Shown: positions 1 through 13,100, counted from the stretch's first letter. The stretch: 64,000 bases of DNA from Eledone cirrhosa (GCA_964016885.1 OZ024749.1:2046001-2110000), one strand, 5' to 3'. The notes: a model not told the origin generated them from the sequence alone. Numbers and translations are program-made.

Positions 1-197
1 AGAGCTACATACAGACAGATACATACGGATTCTCATACATACACATACGTGTGCGTGTATACATATATAGATGTATATATTGTTATACTTTGGGAGGGTC
101 ATGTTGCCACACGTAACTAAATAGCTCTGTAGCTTACATAGAACACTCTCCTTTCCTTTACCTTTCCTACGGAAATACTTAATATATATATATATAG

Positions 198-768
198 TAC
201 AACCTGTCGCATGGCCGGGTCGTCGGCGACCCCACCAAGTTAACTTGGTGAGGAGAGTGATTTTGGACAAAGTGCAGGACAAAAAACAAAACCTGACAAA
301 GGGCGGAAGAACTCATAAGAGTCAACGGCCATACAAAAATGTGTAAATATGTATATACACATGATCATATGTATGTATATATCTATATGTGTATATACAT
401 GGGTGCATGTCTATGTATCTGCGCGGGGACATAGCAATAGTCGGGCTGGACACCCGATCGCACGGTTAAACCACTGGGAGTGAAGGACCCCTAGCCTTTG
501 TCAGGGCATTCTTCTAGGAGAAGGCAACTCAGGAAACTGGGATAACTCCGATATAAAACCTGCGGCTCAGTAGTTACCGATGATGTTGATCTTTCTTCTT
601 TACGGGTTATAGCTACTGTCACTCAGAGAGTGGGATTGGCTCAGTGCACAGTCTTTCCTCACTTTAAAAAATATCTTCACGCACAGGCATTGCACGATAG
701 AATTAATTAATTATTGATAATGGTATATCGTGCAATGGCCATACTTGATAACGAGGGGGCAGCCATCA
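198..768 (+). mobile_element. Diverged copy of the non-autonomous RTE-derived element (reverse complement of the 12461-13100 family)
   Basis: gtacaacctgtcgcatgg...aaacctgacaaagggc...ctaggagaagg...gcagccatca+(TA)n aligns by eye with the reverse complement of 12461-13100; extra ~135 bp at ~340-475. Confidence 0.75.
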
Positions 769-1153
769 CATATATATATATATATATATATATAATCGGT
801 TGCGCTATTTATTAGGCGTCCTCCACGCTCTTCCCCCTTCATCGTTTCTGATTTATTTATGTGTCAGAATGTCATATTATAACTTAGCTCAACGTATCTA
901 TTATGTAATAAAGGAACGAATATTTCTCTGGCTTGTCACTGGTGTTATATATGGAAGATTTAGCTGTTTTGATGTCAGAAGGACATATCCTTTTGTTAGG
1001 GATTACCAGATATGTGTCTATCCTGACGTTTTACGTGACTAATTTCCCCCACAATCATATTCATCTTAATACAGGATATACTATTTACGCAATATAGATG
1101 AATTCGGAACTTGACCACGCCGAGGAGAATTGTATTACCAAGAAATGTAGCGT

Positions 1154-1203
<50 letters not shown>

Positions 1204-1282
1204 ACACACAGACACCCACAAACACACCCACACACGCAGACGCACACCCACCCACCCATATATATATATATATATATATACA

Positions 1283-2208
1283 TGTGGTGTGTTGTAGTGT
1301 GTGTGTGGTGTGTTGTAGTGTGTGGTGTGTTGTAGTGTGTGTGTGGTGTGTTGTAGTGTGTGGTGTGTTGTAGTGTGTGGTGTGTTGTAGTGTGTGTGGT
1401 GTGTTGTAGTGTGTGGTGTGTTGTAGTGTGTGTGTGGTGTGTTGTAGTGTGTGGTGTGTTGTAGTGTGTTGTGGTGTGTGTGGTGTGTTGTAGTGTGTGT
1501 GGTGTGTTGTAGTGTGTGGTGTGTTGTAGTGTGTGGTGTGGTGTAGTGTGTGGTGTGGTGTAGTGTGTGGTGTGGTGTAGTGTGTGGTGTGTTGTAGTGT
1601 GTGGTGTGTTGTAGTGTGTGGTGTGTTGTAGTGTGTGGTGTGTTGTAGTGTGTGGTGTGGTGTAGTGTGTGGTGTGTTGTAGTGTGTGGTGTGTTGTAGT
1701 GTGTGGTGTGTTGTAGTGTGTGGTGTGTTGTAGTGTGTTGTGTGTTGTAGTGTGTGGTGTGTTGTAGTGTGTGTGGTGTGTTGTAGTGTGTGGTGTGGTG
1801 TAGTGTGTGATGTGTTGTAGTGTGTGGTGTGTTGTAGTGTGTGGTGTGTTGTAGTGTGTGGTGTGTTGTGGTGTGTGTGGTGTGTTGTAGTGTGTGTGGT
1901 GTGTGGTGTGGTGTAGTGTGTGATGTGTTGTAGTGTGTGGTGTGTTGTAGTGTGTGGTGTGTTGTAGTGTGTGGTGTGTTGTGGTGTGTGTGGTGTGTTG
2001 TAGTGTGTGTGGTGTGTTGTGTGGTGTAGTGTGTGATGTGTTGTAGTGTGTGGTGTGTTGTAGTGTGTGGTGTGTTGTGGTGTGTGTGGTGTGTTGTAGT
2101 GTGTGGTGTGTTGTGGTGTGTGTGGTGTGTTGTAGTGTGTGTGGTGTGTGGTGTGGTGTGTTGTGTGGTGTAGTGTGTGTGGTGTGTGGTGTGGTGTGTT
2201 GTAGTGTG
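1283..2208. repeat. ~17-bp GT-rich minisatellite (GTGTGGTGTGTTGTAGT)n
   Basis: Direct tandem repetition. Confidence 0.95.
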
Positions 2209-2995
2209 TTACTGTTGTTGTTGTTACTGTTGTTGTTACTGTTGTTACTGTTGTTGTTACTGTTGTTGTTGTTGTTACTGTTGTTGTTACTGTTGTTGTT
2301 GTTGTTGTTACTGGTGTTACTGTTGTTGTTACTGTTGTTGTTGTTGTTACTGTTGTTGTTACTGTTGTTGTTGTTGTTGTTACTGTTGTTGTTGTTACTG
2401 TTGTTGTTGTTACTGTTGTTGTTACTGTTGTTGTTGTTGTTGTTACTGGTGTTACTGTTGTTACTGTTGTTGTTGTTGTTACCGTTGTTGTTGTTGTTGT
2501 TACTGGTGTTACTGTTGTTACTGTTGTTGTTGTTGTTACCGTTGTTGTTGTCGTTGTTACTGTTGTTGTCACTGTTGTTACTGTTGTTGTTACTGTTGTT
2601 GTTGTTGTTGTTGTTACTGTTGTTGCTGTTGTTACTGTTGTTGTTGTTGTTACTGTTGTTACTGTTACTGTTGTTGTTGTTACTGTTGTTGTTGTTACTG
2701 TTGTTGTTGTTACTGTTGTTACTGTTGTTGTTGTTGTTACTGTTGTTGTTGTTACTGTTGTTGTTGTTGTTACTGTTGTTGTTACTGTTACTGTTGTTGT
2801 TGTTACTGTTGTTGTTGTTGTTACTGTTGTTGTTGTTACTGTTGTTACTGTTGTTGTTGTTACTGTTGTTGTTGTTACTGTTGTTGTTGTTGTTACTGTT
2901 GTTGTTACTGTTACTGTTGTTGTTGCTGTTGTTACTGTTGTTGTTATTATTGCTGTTGTTGTTGTTACTGTTGTTGTTGTTGTTACTGTTGTTAA
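2209..2995. repeat. (GTT)n microsatellite interrupted by ACT
   Basis: Direct tandem repetition; source of the spurious poly-T/L/C ORFs. Confidence 0.95.
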
Positions 2996-3216
2996 TGTGG
3001 TCATTATTGTTGTTAATTTAGCCCAGTAGCAACTATCTAATGAGAAATGTCTGTCTGTCTGTCTGACTAACTGACTGACTATCTGTCTGACTGTCGGTCT
3101 GTCTGACTATCTGCCTGTCTGTATGTCTATCAGTCTGTCTGTCTGTCAGTCTGTCTGTCTGTATGTCCCTCTCTCTGTCTGTCTGTATGTCTCTCTGTCT
3201 ATGCCATTATCTGTTT

Positions 3217-3400
3217 GGGATTGGCAGTATCGGTAGAGAGTCGGACGCCATGCTTTGACGCATAGTTACGGCCCTTGCCATTCTGAGTTCAAATCCCGCC
3301 GAGGTTAACTTTGCCTTTCATCCTTACGGGGTCGATAAAATAAAGTACCAGTAATGCACTGGGTAATTACTGGCCTTGTGCCAAAAGTAGAAACAATTAT
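3217..3400 (+). mobile_element. tRNA-derived SINE with Nin/Deu-like central domain (octopus-type)
   Basis: A-box-like tggcagtatcggt, B-box gagttcaaatccc, central gccgaggttaactttgcctttcatccttacggggtcgataaaataaagtaccag; about 8 copies in the window. Confidence 0.85.
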
Positions 3401-4240
3401 CTGTTTATCCATCTGTCTATCTGCCTGGCTTTATCTATGTATGTATGTATGTATGTATGTATGTATGTATGTATGTATGTATGTATGTATGTATGTGTGT
3501 ATATGTATCTATGTGTATATGTGTATATGTATGTATATATGTATGTATATGTGTATGTCTGTATATATGTATGTGTATATGTATCTATGAATATATGTGT
3601 GTATGTATGTATACACACATGCATGTATGGTTGGAAGGATGGATGGATGTATATATATATATATCTGTACGCATGTATGTTTATATGTATGTATGTGTGA
3701 ATGTATATATATATGTATAGGTGTATATATATATATATATATACAGATATACATACATATATACATACATATATATATACATATATATACATATATATAT
3801 ACATATATATATATATGTAAATATATATGTATATATATATGGATGTATATATGTATATATATATGTATGTATGTGACTCTAAGTTACAGTCTTCTCCCCC
3901 ACCACCCTCTCTATGTCAGTCTCCCCCCACCAACAATGAAATGACAGCCCCCCCCGCCTTCAGTCGTACGGATGCAACAAATAAGAATGGAATCTTACAA
4001 CATAATACCATACGTACATACATACATACTTACATATATATATGTGTGTGTATGAGTATATATGTATATATATAATGCAATGAAATACCAATGACCGTTG
4101 GCAAATCACTGATGAGGGACTCATTTTATAACATGTTATCCATGTGCAACCATGCGGTATTCTTCTCCCCATATTTTTCATATATATATATATACATATA
4201 TATATATGTGAATATATATACACATATATATATATATATA

Positions 4241-4596
4241 TATTAGAAAGTGAGGTTTTTTTACAAAATGAAAAATAACCGAGGTGTCCTACACGAGTGA
4301 AAGTATAAACAAAAAGAGATGAAATCGAAAATGCAACTGGAGTCTTATTTTTTTTTTAAATATATATATTTATTTGGTTCCTTTATCGGTTTCGCAGTTC
4401 TTCTGCTTTTCAAAAGTAGAGTTGATATGGAGGGTCTGTGGTTTTTCTCACAGATGTGAGAAAAACCACAGACCCTCCATATCAACTCACCTTTTGAAAA
4501 GCAGAAGAACTGCGAAACCGATAAAGGAACCAAATAAATATATATATTTAAAAAAAAAATAAGACTCCAGTTGCATTTTCGATTTCATCTCTTTTT
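4241..4596. mobile_element. Fold-back palindromic Penelope-like remnant (arms ~4311-4452 / 4455-4596) with U3-A8 HHR-like motif
   Basis: Near-perfect ~140-bp inverted arms; single-arm homolog at 45226-45420; motif cctt-ttgaaaa-gcag aagaa ctgc-gaaac-cg-ata-aagg at ~4490-4527. Confidence 0.7.
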
Positions 4597-4675
<79 letters not shown>

Positions 4676-4832
4676 TCATATATACATATATGTATATATA
4701 TATATATATATATATACATACTCATATATACATATATGTATATATATATAAATTTATATGTATATATGAGTATATATATATGTATATAGATATACATATA
4801 TATACATATATGTATATATGAGTATATATATG

Positions 4833-4868
<36 letters not shown>

Positions 4869-4881
4869 CAATTATATACTC

Positions 4882-4940
<59 letters not shown>

Positions 4941-5163
4941 CACACACAAACAAATACATGTATATGCATGTATACACTCACACAGTATATATATACACAC
5001 ATATACACAAGACAATGAAGAGAACAAAACGAGAAAGTTTAAAGAAAAAAAAATATAAATAAGAAAGAAAATCGATGAAGAAAGATCGATGAGAGAAAGA
5101 GTGAGAATCAATTGAAGCATTGTAGATATTGTAGACCGTCTCGAGATTTGTCACAGACAGTCG

Positions 5164-5211
<48 letters not shown>

Positions 5212-5310
5212 ATAGATGTATAGATGTATGTATGTATATATGTATGTATAGATCTGTGTATGTATGTATGGATAGATGTATGTATGTATATATATATGTA
5301 TGGATGGGTG

Positions 5311-5350
<40 letters not shown>

Positions 5351-5358
5351 GATAGATG

Positions 5359-5394
<36 letters not shown>

Positions 5395-5439
5395 TGGATA
5401 GATGTATGTATATATATATATGTATGGATAGATGTATGG

Positions 5440-5471
<32 letters not shown>

Positions 5472-5476
5472 AGATG

Positions 5477-5533
<57 letters not shown>

Positions 5534-5970
5534 TTAGATGTATGTATGTATATATATATATATATGTATGGATAATGTATGTATATATATATATATGTGT
5601 ATGGATAGATGTATGTATGTATATTTATATGTATGGATAGATCTATGTATGTATATATGTATGTATATATGTATGTATATATGTATGTATATATATATAT
5701 GTATGGATAGATGTATGTATATATATATATGGATAGATGTATGTATGTATGTATGGATGTATATATGTATGTATGAAATTATGTATAGATGTATGTATAT
5801 ATGTATATATGTATGTATGTATATGTACGTATGTATCTATGCATATGTACGTATGTATGTAGGTATGTAGGTATGTAGGTATATTGTTAGGTATGTATGT
5901 GTGCATGCATGTATGTCTGCAAGTATTTATGTATGTGTGGTGTGTATATATGTATGTATGTTTGTATGTT

Positions 5971-6007
<37 letters not shown>

Positions 6008-6111
6008 GTATGTGTGCATGTATATATGTGTGTATGTATGTGTTTGTATGTATGTATGTGTGTAAAGTATATGTTTGTGTGTACGTATGTGCATGTATGT
6101 GTGTGTATATG

Positions 6112-6149
<38 letters not shown>

Positions 6150-6317
6150 GGATTAACAAATAATAGTTAAATGCAGTCCACTTAGGTAAAGTCCAGTTAT
6201 GGTATTCCAGGTAGTGGATGATATTAACGCTTGGCTTGGTTTGACTCAACAAGGCGTTTTCATAGTGATGCTGCGGGTATGCCGTAATTCCTATGTTGCA
6301 AACACTTGGAGTAATAC

Positions 6318-6544
6318 TAAATCAGGAAAGAAGGTTTACATGGTTTGCTATACAAAAAAGTTTTTAATCACATAGCTTACTCGCATGCTCCGAAGATCTG
6401 ACTGGTTATAATTCTGTATTGGCGATCGAGTGACGCAAAATTAGGCGGATAGCGATCTCTAGACAGACCAGTTCAGTGAAACAAATGTAAGCTATGTGAT
6501 TAAAAACTTTTTTGTATAGCAAACCATGTAAACCTTCTTTCCTG

Positions 6545-6549
<5 letters not shown>
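6318..6549 (+). mobile_element. Inverted-repeat Penelope-like remnant with degenerate HHR carrying a long stem II
   Basis: ~63-bp inverted arms 6318-6380 / 6487-6549; ccgaaga (6390) ctgactggt...accagttcag t gaaac aaat gta agc. Confidence 0.55.
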
Positions 6550-6601
<52 letters not shown>

Positions 6602-7256
6602 CCTATATGTATGCATTTGTACATATGTATGTATGAACGTATATCACTCTATCCATATATGTATGGATGCATCTGTGCATGTGTGATTACATGTGTGTGT
6701 GTGTGTGTGTTTGCTTCTATACGCTAGTGTAGGTGTGCATGTGATTATGTATTTCTGTGTGTGTGTGAATGTTTGTATGTATATGTATTTATGTTTATAT
6801 GAACGTATATAATTAACAGAGAGGTCTCTGGGAAATGCAGGAGGAGAACAAAACACGTGCAAGCAACCATAGCGATGGTTATGGCTGACAGGGAGTGACA
6901 ACTGTGGTCAGTAATATGTGTGACCCTTGGACAAAGGTTGAGGTTTGATCAATCTGGTTGTGTCACCTGAACGAAAGTCTGTTTTGTAAGAGGAAACCCG
7001 TGTTCACTGAAGGATACAACACCGACGATGCTGTTGTAGATGTGTAAAGTACTAAACGGTAATGTGTCATGAGAGGAAGTTTTAGCTATTATATCAAGTA
7101 GATCAGGAACCCACGTAGTTTCGATCCCGTCTGCCTGTATATGTACTAACAATTGATTCCGCAGACTCTATAGAAATAATTTCAAATATTGTTATGAAAT
7201 TCCGCCTCCATATGTAATGAGAAATGTTTTGAAGTTCTAACATAATTATATAGCTT

Positions 7257-7859
7257 TGGGGATGAGCTATGCGCCTTGGGCTATATGCGGTGTTAGATGT
7301 GACTTGGGGTATATACGGTGAAAGATGTCCCTTGGGCTATATACGCTGAAAGATGTCCCTTGGGCTAGATACGGGAAATATGTCCCTTCGGCTATGTACG
7401 GTGAAAGATGTCTCTTGGGCTATGTACGGTGAAAGTTGTCACTTGGGCTATATACGATGAAAGATGTCTCCTGGGCTATATACGGTGAAAGATGTCCCTT
7501 GTGCTATATACGGTGAAAGATGTCCCTTGTGCTATATACGGTGAAAGATGTCCCTTGTGCTATATACGGTGAAAGATGTCCCTTCGGCTATATACGGTGA
7601 AAGATGTCAATTGGGCTATATACGGCGAATGATGTCTCCTGGGCTATATACGGTGAAAGATGTCTTTTCGGCTATATACGGTGAAAGATGTCCCTTCGGC
7701 TATATATGGTGAAAGATGTCTCCTGGGCTAGATACGGTGAAAGATGTCTCCAGGGCTACATACGGTGAAAGATGTCTCCTGGGCTACATACGGTGAAAGA
7801 TGTCCCTTGGGCTATATATGGTGAAATATGTCCCTTGGGCTATATACGGTGAAAGATGT
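7257..7859. repeat. 28-bp minisatellite (CGGTGAAAGATGTCCCTTGGGCTATATA)n, ~21 copies
   Basis: Direct tandem repetition, more diverged at the left end. Confidence 0.95.
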
Positions 7860-8170
7860 TTAGAAACCTGTGTTTACTTGTATCTGTCGTAAGATAATCT
7901 TATAAGAATATAGATGAGACTATTTAAGATGTTGATCTGGTAATTCTGATATGATTTGTTTCAAGATAACAAATTGAAAATACAGTTAGATAATTATATA
8001 TATATGGGGGTGAAGAATGGATAAGGAAAGAATGTTGTCAATGGGTACGATTTTTGTAGTAAAAATCATATTTTTCAACGCATACGATTCACTTTTCTAC
8101 AACACAAATTTAACATCAAAAGTTTCCTATGTTCTACACAATAACATTATTAAATACTAATATAACGTTT

Positions 8171-8332
8171 GGCCAGCAATTACCCCAGTGTATTACTGGT
8201 GCTTTATTTTATCAATCTCGTAAGGATGAAACGCAAAGTTAACCTCAGCGGGATTTGAACTCAGAACGTAAAAGGCCATAACTCTATGCTACAATGCATG
8301 GTGCGTGACTCTCTACCGATACTGCCAATCCA
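8171..8332 (-). mobile_element. Nin/Deu-like SINE copy
   Basis: Reverse complement of the 3217-3400 family (ggatgaaacgcaaagttaacctcagcgggatttgaactcag). Confidence 0.85.
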
Positions 8333-8904
8333 GCGCTCTAAAATAATAATACGTCATATACAATGTCGTGTTTTTATTCTGAAAAATATGTTCAATATTT
8401 GTGTAATTTTGTCCACTGATAGAAGAAGGTGATTCCTGGCGCAGAAGTCTGCGGAAACATTGTTTCGAAGTGAGGCGACAGACTTTTCCGTTCCTATGTT
8501 GTACAGGCGCCATCTGATGCTGAATTCAGTACTACATCTTTATAATGTTTGAAATAGTTCGACTTTCTACTTACACTGTTTCCCATCGGAGGAAGAGGCT
8601 GGTGGTGGTGGTGGTGGTGGTGGTGGTGGGGGAGAATTGTTGCTTAATACGAATCATGCTGAGTATGTAGGTCTTGTTTTGTGGAGGTGGCATCGGCTAC
8701 GTACAGACATCTACAGTAATATATATATATATGTCTGTCTATATATATATAATCACCTACACCTTTCCAAGACTGGAAAGGTGTAGGTCATTTTTTGTGT
8801 GTTCGAAAAGATGAACATGTTGAGGTATTTATTGATATAATGATTGATTCCGTTTAGTCCCACGAGGATGAAACGATTTCAAATTAATGGTAACATACTT
8901 TAAA

Positions 8905-8959
<55 letters not shown>

Positions 8960-9436
8960 GAGAACAGACACATAGAATGAGCGACAGGTAAACACAAACA
9001 CATATATAGTGTATGTGTGTGTGTGTGTATGTGTGTGTGTGTGTATGTGTGTGTGTTCAGTAAAATATGATTGGAGTACATATTTTTCAAGGACTGACTA
9101 AATGACTATAAACCCATGTGGTAATCTTAAAGATATTGGTTGATAGTTTTTAGAATAATATAATAATTCTTCAGTTCACCAAATAGCCATTTCTCCCCCT
9201 ATGTGTGTGTGTGTGTATATATGTATGTTTGTATATATGTATGTGTATATATATCATATATGTGCGTGTATATCTATCTATGTATCTATCTATCTATCAA
9301 CCTTAAATAGAAAGTTATCTATCTATCTACCTATATATATATATACAAATAGATATGCGTGCGCCAAATTAATTCGCCTCGCAAATATCTAAAGAATGTC
9401 CCATGGAATTTTCGTTAGAATGCTATACCAAATATG

Positions 9437-9472
<36 letters not shown>

Positions 9473-10268
9473 CACATATATCCATATATATATATATATA
9501 TCCATACAGACACACGTACATACTTATACACACACACAATTATATTTACAATCCTAACTTAAAGCCTAACCTACAATTGATTTCCCTATACAGTGAAACA
9601 AATTATAGAAATGAAGTTTATATTCCTTTTCAAATTTCCTTTTAGAAAATTCTCACCAATAAGTATGGCTAATGTATTTTAAACTTTACTTAGGAAGTTA
9701 GTGTATTTTCTTTTTTCATATACAATATATAATTATACTGTAGCTTTCACGCACAAAGTCGAATACTCGTTTCACATATGTGATCAGCCTATATTTTCTG
9801 TATTGTACCGTTTAACTCTCTGCTTCTCATGAATCATATATGAAGCGGTTTCTCGGAATAACTGTAAATTTAATGAATTATGTATGTTAACTGAAGATTC
9901 TGTCTGAACAATCACCAGTCGGAAAATTGAATGGGAATTTTATGAACATATTTCAATATACATTTTTTTTCAATTTTATATTGAACATTCGGAGATGGGG
10001 AGAGATAGTGATTGTTGTTTATATCGGTTTTTAAGGGACCAATCATCGGTTCAGTATACTTCTGGTGCTGTGATATACATGAAACAACTGGCTCAAATAG
10101 CCCCAGTTGTTCCCCTTTATTATTTACGTACTCCACACCCGCGGACACATGTATGAATTCATTAAAAAATACATTTTTACATAGTTTAGTTCTGTTGTTT
10201 TTTAAGGAGTTAATATATATCAATGGAGCTTTCTTCCTTTCCATAAATTCTGTAGCAATACTTTAAAA

Positions 10269-10560
10269 CAGTGGTCGCCAACTGGTGGTCCACGGATTAC
10301 TGGTGGTCCACGGACTACTGGTGGTCCACGGACTACTGGTGGTCCACGGACTACTGGTGGTCCACGGACTACTGGTGGTCCACGGACTACTGGTGGTCCA
10401 CGGACTACTGGTGGTCCACGCACTACTGGCGGTCCACGGACTACTGGCGGTCCCCAAACTACAGGTGGTCCTCAGATTACTGGTGCTCTACGGTCTACTG
10501 GTGGTCCGCGGACTACCGGTGGTCCACAGTCTACTGGTGGTCCACGGATTATTGGTGGTC
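10269..10560. repeat. 18-bp minisatellite (GGTCCACGGACTACTGGT)n, ~16 copies, starting at a hAT-like terminus
   Basis: Tandem units; begins cagtggtcgccaactggtggtccacgga, resembling hAT/Charlie-type left ends. Confidence 0.85.
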
Positions 10561-10609
10561 ATAGAGAAGATTGCCTCCATCGACACATTTAATTACTAAT
10601 TTGCTTAAT

Positions 10610-10722
10610 AATGGTTTCTGATTTTGGTACAAGGCCCTCGACCCAAGTATGTGAGTGGTGCTCTATCTGATCGACCCCGTAAGGATGAAAGACGAAACTT
10701 AAGGCTCTAGCGATTCTGCCAA
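10610..10722 (-). mobile_element. Partial Nin/Deu-like SINE
   Basis: tttctgattttggtacaaggcc...tcgaccccgtaaggatgaaag...cgattctgcca. Confidence 0.65.
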
Positions 10723-11002
10723 GATCAATATTTTTTCATCGTCTTCCAGAAACATTATCTCTGACAGAACTTACATCATGATGTGGAAACCTGTGTGAAT
10801 TCATACACAGCAATCTTCAAGCAGAAAGTTTTCATAGATAACATTTGAGGTGAAAGGTGAGGTGAACCGCTGGAGGTTTCCATCAGGGTATTTACACCAT
10901 TCTTATATTATTCAACGTTTTCTGGTGAACCATAGCATAACTCTAGATACGTCCTTAGATACGTCCTTAGGGGACTTTACAGCTAATGATTTTATACAAC
11001 AT

Positions 11003-11046
<44 letters not shown>

Positions 11047-11146
11047 GTACATACGTACATACACACAAAAACACACACACACATATATATATGTATATAT
11101 ATATGTATATATATACGTATCTAGACGTATCTAGAGCTATGCTATG

Positions 11147-11246
<100 letters not shown>

Positions 11247-11953
11247 AGATATATTATATCATTATATTCCATGAAATAATACCTACAAAAATATTTCAAG
11301 CTTAGAGCCAACACTGAGTTCTTTACTGAGTGATAATTCTGAATAGATTTCTTCTTCACAGACACACGGAGGGAGAGGAGTGAGAGAGAGGGGGTAGCGA
11401 GAGAGGGGTATATACGGGGGGTAGATAAATAGAGAGGGGATAGAGAGGGGGGTAAGAGAGTGGGGTAGAGAGAGAGAGGGAGAAAGAGGGGGAGAGAGAG
11501 AGGGAGAGAGAGAAAGAGAGAGAGAGGGGGTAGATAGAGAGAGGGGGTAGAGAGAGAGGGGGTAGAGAGAGATAGAGAGAGGGAGAGGGTGAGATAGAGA
11601 GATGTATATATAGAGAGATAGTACACATTATAAAAGGCTTGCTAGCATATTACTTTTTCACAGCGTTATATTCCTGTAACAATAACGAAAGAAAGAGGTA
11701 CGTGTTTAGATCTAGAAAACAAAGGAACTGTGGAAATAAAAGAGAGCAGAACTGGCAAACCAAATCTAAAATATATGCTTCTCTGTCTAATTCTATATTT
11801 ACAGATATTGGTATTGTCAAGTAGAAACGTAGACATCCGTCATATGTACGTAATACATACTGTAAGTAATTTTATTTGGTACTGTATAGACAACACAAGA
11901 GAAAAATATACATTGACACAACACATGTATATATATATATATATATATATATA

Positions 11954-12115
11954 CGTTATTCCGGGTTGAGTCGGGGATAACCACAGTAAGTAAGGTACTC
12001 AATACATAGCAGAATATAAAAGTTTTAATATAGATGAGATTCTACAGGACTAGAACTGTTTCATTCTTCAGAAATCAGATGATTTCTGAAGAATGAAACA
12101 GTTCCAGTCCTGTAG

Positions 12116-12121
<6 letters not shown>
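11954..12121. mobile_element. Penelope-like terminal remnant ending in an 86-bp palindrome (12036-12121)
   Basis: gagattctacaggactagaactgtttcattcttcagaaatca-ga-tgatttctgaagaatgaaacagttccagtcctgtagaatctc; right arm has hairpin-GAAAC-N7-GTC (3' half of an HHR). Confidence 0.55.
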
Positions 12122-12164
<43 letters not shown>

Positions 12165-12179
12165 CTCTCTCTCTCTCTG

Positions 12180-12264
<85 letters not shown>

Positions 12265-12412
12265 GCTGAAAAATGGAACGGGAACAAAACAGAGAGGCAG
12301 TACAAACAAAGGTTTATTAGTTTCACGCTCTTGAGAGTGGGAGAGAGAGAGAGAGATAGATGTATATAAGTATACATATATGTATATATATGTATATATA
12401 TGTATAGTTGTT

Positions 12413-12460
<48 letters not shown>

Positions 12461-12463
<3 letters not shown>

Positions 12464-13098
12464 TGGCTGCCAACTCGTTTTCGAGTACGGCCACTACTTT
12501 ACATCCATGTAGGATAACCCCTACCGAAGCGCTGAACGAGTGTGACTTTTTAGTCCAGCCAGCGACTTGAAACCTCTGGTACAAACACTACACCTGTGAC
12601 AATCATTGACACATAGTGCTAGGCCCATGGTAGGACAATTATTGACACATAGTGCTGGGCCCATGTGAGGACAAGTGCAGAGAGATCTCCAGATATAAAG
12701 CAATGCCTGTGCCGTGAAGCTTTTATAGTGAGCAAAGGCACTGCACAAAGCCAGTCCCACTCTCTTAACCAAGATGCTATTTACCAAAAAGAAGAACAAG
12801 TCAACATCATTGGATACCATCAGGGTTGCAGGTGTTATATCAGAGTTTTCCTTCTCCTAGAATTCTGCCTTGACTAAGGCTAAAGGGGTCATCTCTCCCG
12901 GTGATTTTGGATGGCCATTGACTCTTAAGAGCTCCTTTGCCCTTTGACAGGTTTTGTTTTTAGTCCTGCAGGATGTCCAAAGTCACCCTCCTCACCAAGA
13001 AACCTTGGTGGGGTTGCCAGTTTAGTCGCCAACGACCCGACCATGAGACAGGTTGTACTGGGATACATGTTACCAGTAGCACCAACTGGTGACCTGAC

Positions 13099-13100
<2 letters not shown>
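12461..13100 (-). mobile_element. Bipartite non-autonomous RTE-derived retroelement, apparently full length (~640 bp)
   Basis: Minus strand has an RTE 5'-UTR-like ctaggagaaggaaaactctgat motif, a 3' part encoding [22 protein letters not shown] (RTE C-terminal C2H2-like finger), a short 3' UTR and an (AT)n tail; no RT in between. Confidence 0.7.

Noticed and set aside
1085-3021. Long Thr/His-, Leu- and Cys-rich ORFs (mucin-like)
   Set aside because: Entirely stop-free simple repeats, open in several frames, with no unique domain
3217-3300. tRNA gene
   Set aside because: A/B-box-like motifs belong to a multi-copy SINE head; no cloverleaf
4105-4165. ctgatga HHR core
   Set aside because: GAAA is replaced by gcaa and the stems cannot be paired convincingly
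8755-8788. 15-bp perfect hairpin followed by a T run (terminator-like)
   Set aside because: Eukaryotic context with no associated gene; likely another small fold-back remnant
12521-12877. Recurrent 70-99-aa ORFs (MVSNDVDL.../MLGPW...) as a small gene family
   Set aside because: They lie in a dispersed repeat and frames are not conserved among copies
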